64,000 bases of DNA from the human T2T-CHM13v2.0 reference genome, Homo sapiens: the NCBI RefSeq assembly GCF_009914755.1, contig NC_060943.1. The stretch is one strand, 5' to 3'. The position numbers were made by a program, and so were the translations under genes. This document shows, in pieces, positions 60,962 through 64,000 of the stretch (the stretch's first letter is position 1; the number at the start of each line of letters is the position of its first letter). Below the pieces are notes generated by a model that did no database searches, was not told the DNA's origin, and saw nothing but the letters and a program-made list of their open reading frames with translations.

Positions 60962-61583
60962 TAGTATAGGAATTATTAAGAAATTATTTTAGGCAGTTAG
61001 CAAGGGTAAAAAAGTTCTCAGTGAATTTTTTCTTTAATAGAAAGCAGCGAAAAACCATTTCTTTTCTAACATAAAGCAGCCTGAAAAGTCAAGCTGCAAG
61101 CATAAATAAGCAAGCTGGAAGTTTGCATAGATGAATGTGGGCAGCTGTACTAAAAGCCAGGACCACCCAGTATGGCAATTCCCCCTTCCTTTTCTTTGTC
61201 CCCATGTATGCAGTTGTCGTGGAGCCGGCCAGGTAGAGGCCACATTTGCATAATAAAAGATTGGGATGGGAGGGCCAGTTTTTTTGCAGGCTGTGTAAAT
61301 AGTACACTTGGGCAAACCAATCCTTCGAGCCCTATGTAAGTCAATCACCCCCTCCTCAAGCCTTTCTAAAAAATCAATTGCATCCTGTTCCAAACCTGGA
61401 AAAACTTCTTGGGCGCCCGCTTTCTCTGCATAAGGAAGCTGTCTTTCTCCTGCTCTTCTTTCTTTCATCTGTTAAACTTCCTGCTCTTAAAACCCCCTCC
61501 AAGGTTGTGTGTCCGTGTCATTAATCTTCTCAGCATGAGATAATCAACCCCGGGTATTTACCCTGGACAACGATGCTGCTTCA
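60962..61583 (+). mobile_element. ERV1 solo LTR (LTR9/MER61/LTR25-like) inserted in L1
   Basis: GGAATTATTAAGAAATTATTTTAGGCAG start, ends ...TCA; 4-bp TSD CCAG (60958-60961, 61584-61587); L1 sequence resumes exactly. Confidence 0.8.
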
Positions 61584-61928
61584 CCAGCTCCTCTTTTTAC
61601 CTCTGGTAGAATTCGGCTGTTAGTCCATCTGGTCCTGGGCTTTTTTTGTTGTTGTTTTGGTTGGTAGGCTATTTACTACTAAATTTTGGAACTTGATTGG
61701 TCTGTTCAAGGATTCGACTTCTTCCTGGTTTAGGCTTGGGAGGGTGTATGTGTCCAGAAATTGATCCATTTCTTCTAGATTTTTTAGTGTATTTGCGTAG
61801 AGGTGTTTATAATATTCTCTGTTAGTTTGTACTTTTGTGGGGTCACCGGTGATATCCCATTTATCATTTTTTATTGTGTCTATTTGATTCTTCTCTCTTT
61901 TCTTTTTTATTACTCTAGCTAGTGATGT

Positions 61929-62388
61929 TGTAGCAGGACAAGCGGCAGACAAAAGCCCTCAGACACCAAGTTAAAGAAGGAAGGGCTTTATTCAGCTGGG
62001 AGTTTCAGCAAGACTCACGTCTCCAACAACTGAGCTCCCCAGGTGAGCAATTCCTGTTCCTTTTGAGGGCTTACAGCTCTAAGGGAGTCTGCCTGAGAGG
62101 GTCATGATCAGTTGAGCAAGCAGGGGGTACATGACTGGGGGCTACATGCACAGGTAGTCAGAACAGAACAGAACAGGACAGGGATTTTCACAATGCTTTT
62201 CCATACAATGTCTGGAAACTATGGCTAACATAACTGGTTAGGTCAGGGGTCGATCTTTAACCAGGCCCAGGGCACGGCGCTGGGCTGTCTGCCTGTGGAT
62301 TTCATTTCTGCCTTTTAGTTTTTACTTCTTCTTTCTTTGGAGGCAGAAATTGGGCATAAGACAATATGAGGGGTGGTCACCTCCTTTA
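61929..62388 (-). mobile_element. HERV-E/Harlequin LTR2-family solo LTR
   Basis: Reverse strand begins TAAAGGAGGTGACCACCCCTCATATTGTCTTATGCCCAATTTCTGCCTCCAAAG, contains AATAAA, ends TGTCCTGCTACA; near-TSD ATGT/GTGT. Confidence 0.88.
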
Positions 62389-62570
62389 GTGTATGTATTT
62401 TATTAATTTCTTAAAAAAAAAAAAAAACAGATTCTGGGCCAGGCACGGTGGCTCATGCCTGTGATCCCAGCACTTTTGGAGGCCAAGGTGGGTGGATCAC
62501 GAGGTCAGGAGTTTGAGACCAGCCTGACCAACATGGTGATACCCCATCTCTACTAAAAATATAAAAATTA

Positions 62571-63292
<722 letters not shown>

Positions 63293-63640
63293 CTAGTACA
63301 TTGTCTTTTTGTTCTCATTGACTTCAAAGAACTTCTTGATTTCTGCCTTAATTTCATCATTTACCCAGAAGTCATTCAGAAGCAGGTTGTCCAATTTCCA
63401 TGTAGTTGTGTGGTTTTGAGTGAGTTTCTTAATCTTGAGTTTTAATTTGATTGTACTGTGGTCTGAGAGACAGTATGATATAATTGTAGTTCTTTCGCAT
63501 TTGCTGAAGAGTGTTTTACTTCCAATTATATGATCAATTTTAGAGTAAGTTCCATGTGGCACTGAGAAGAATGTATATTCTGTTGTTTTGGGGTGGAGAG
63601 TTCTGTAAATATCTATCAGTTTCACTTGGTCCGGAGCTGA

Positions 63641-63886
<246 letters not shown>

Positions 63887-64000
63887 TGAACTCCTGACCT
63901 CGTGATCCACCTGCCTTGGCCTCTCAAAGTGCTGGGATTACAGGTGTGAGCCACCACGCCCGTCCCCTGAATATCTTTATTAATTTTCTTTCTCATTGAT

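Overview
Primate (almost certainly human, chr19p12 ZNF91-subfamily cluster) genomic DNA. The main feature is a minus-strand 4-exon KRAB C2H2 zinc-finger gene that I recognise as ZNF99. Its exons are the ATG exon (48040-48042), KRAB-A (29822-29948), KRAB-B (28929-29024) and the finger exon (17938-20306), giving a 2595-nt CDS (864 aa) with 24 in-frame fingers. The finger array does not stop at the stop codon. A 1-nt deletion at ~18012 ends the ORF, and roughly 35 more, progressively decayed fingers fill the 3' UTR. Tail-to-tail with the gene is an L1-retroposed HERV-W processed pseudogene (6018-12720) with signs of G-to-A editing. Beyond it lie a V1R vomeronasal receptor pseudogene fragment and a ~72-bp beta-satellite-like array. 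Intron 3 holds an L1PB1-like element whose 5' end is fused to the first ~95 nt of RPL17 mRNA, an apparent template-switch chimera, and which carries a short inverted self-templated insertion. The rest is dense Alu/L1/LTR sequence, including a young AluYd-type copy and a HERV-E LTR2 solo LTR upstream of and co-oriented with the gene. Family names and consensus comparisons come from recognition and memory, not database searches. Repeat boundaries are approximate (about +/-10-20 nt) unless a target-site duplication (TSD) is quoted.
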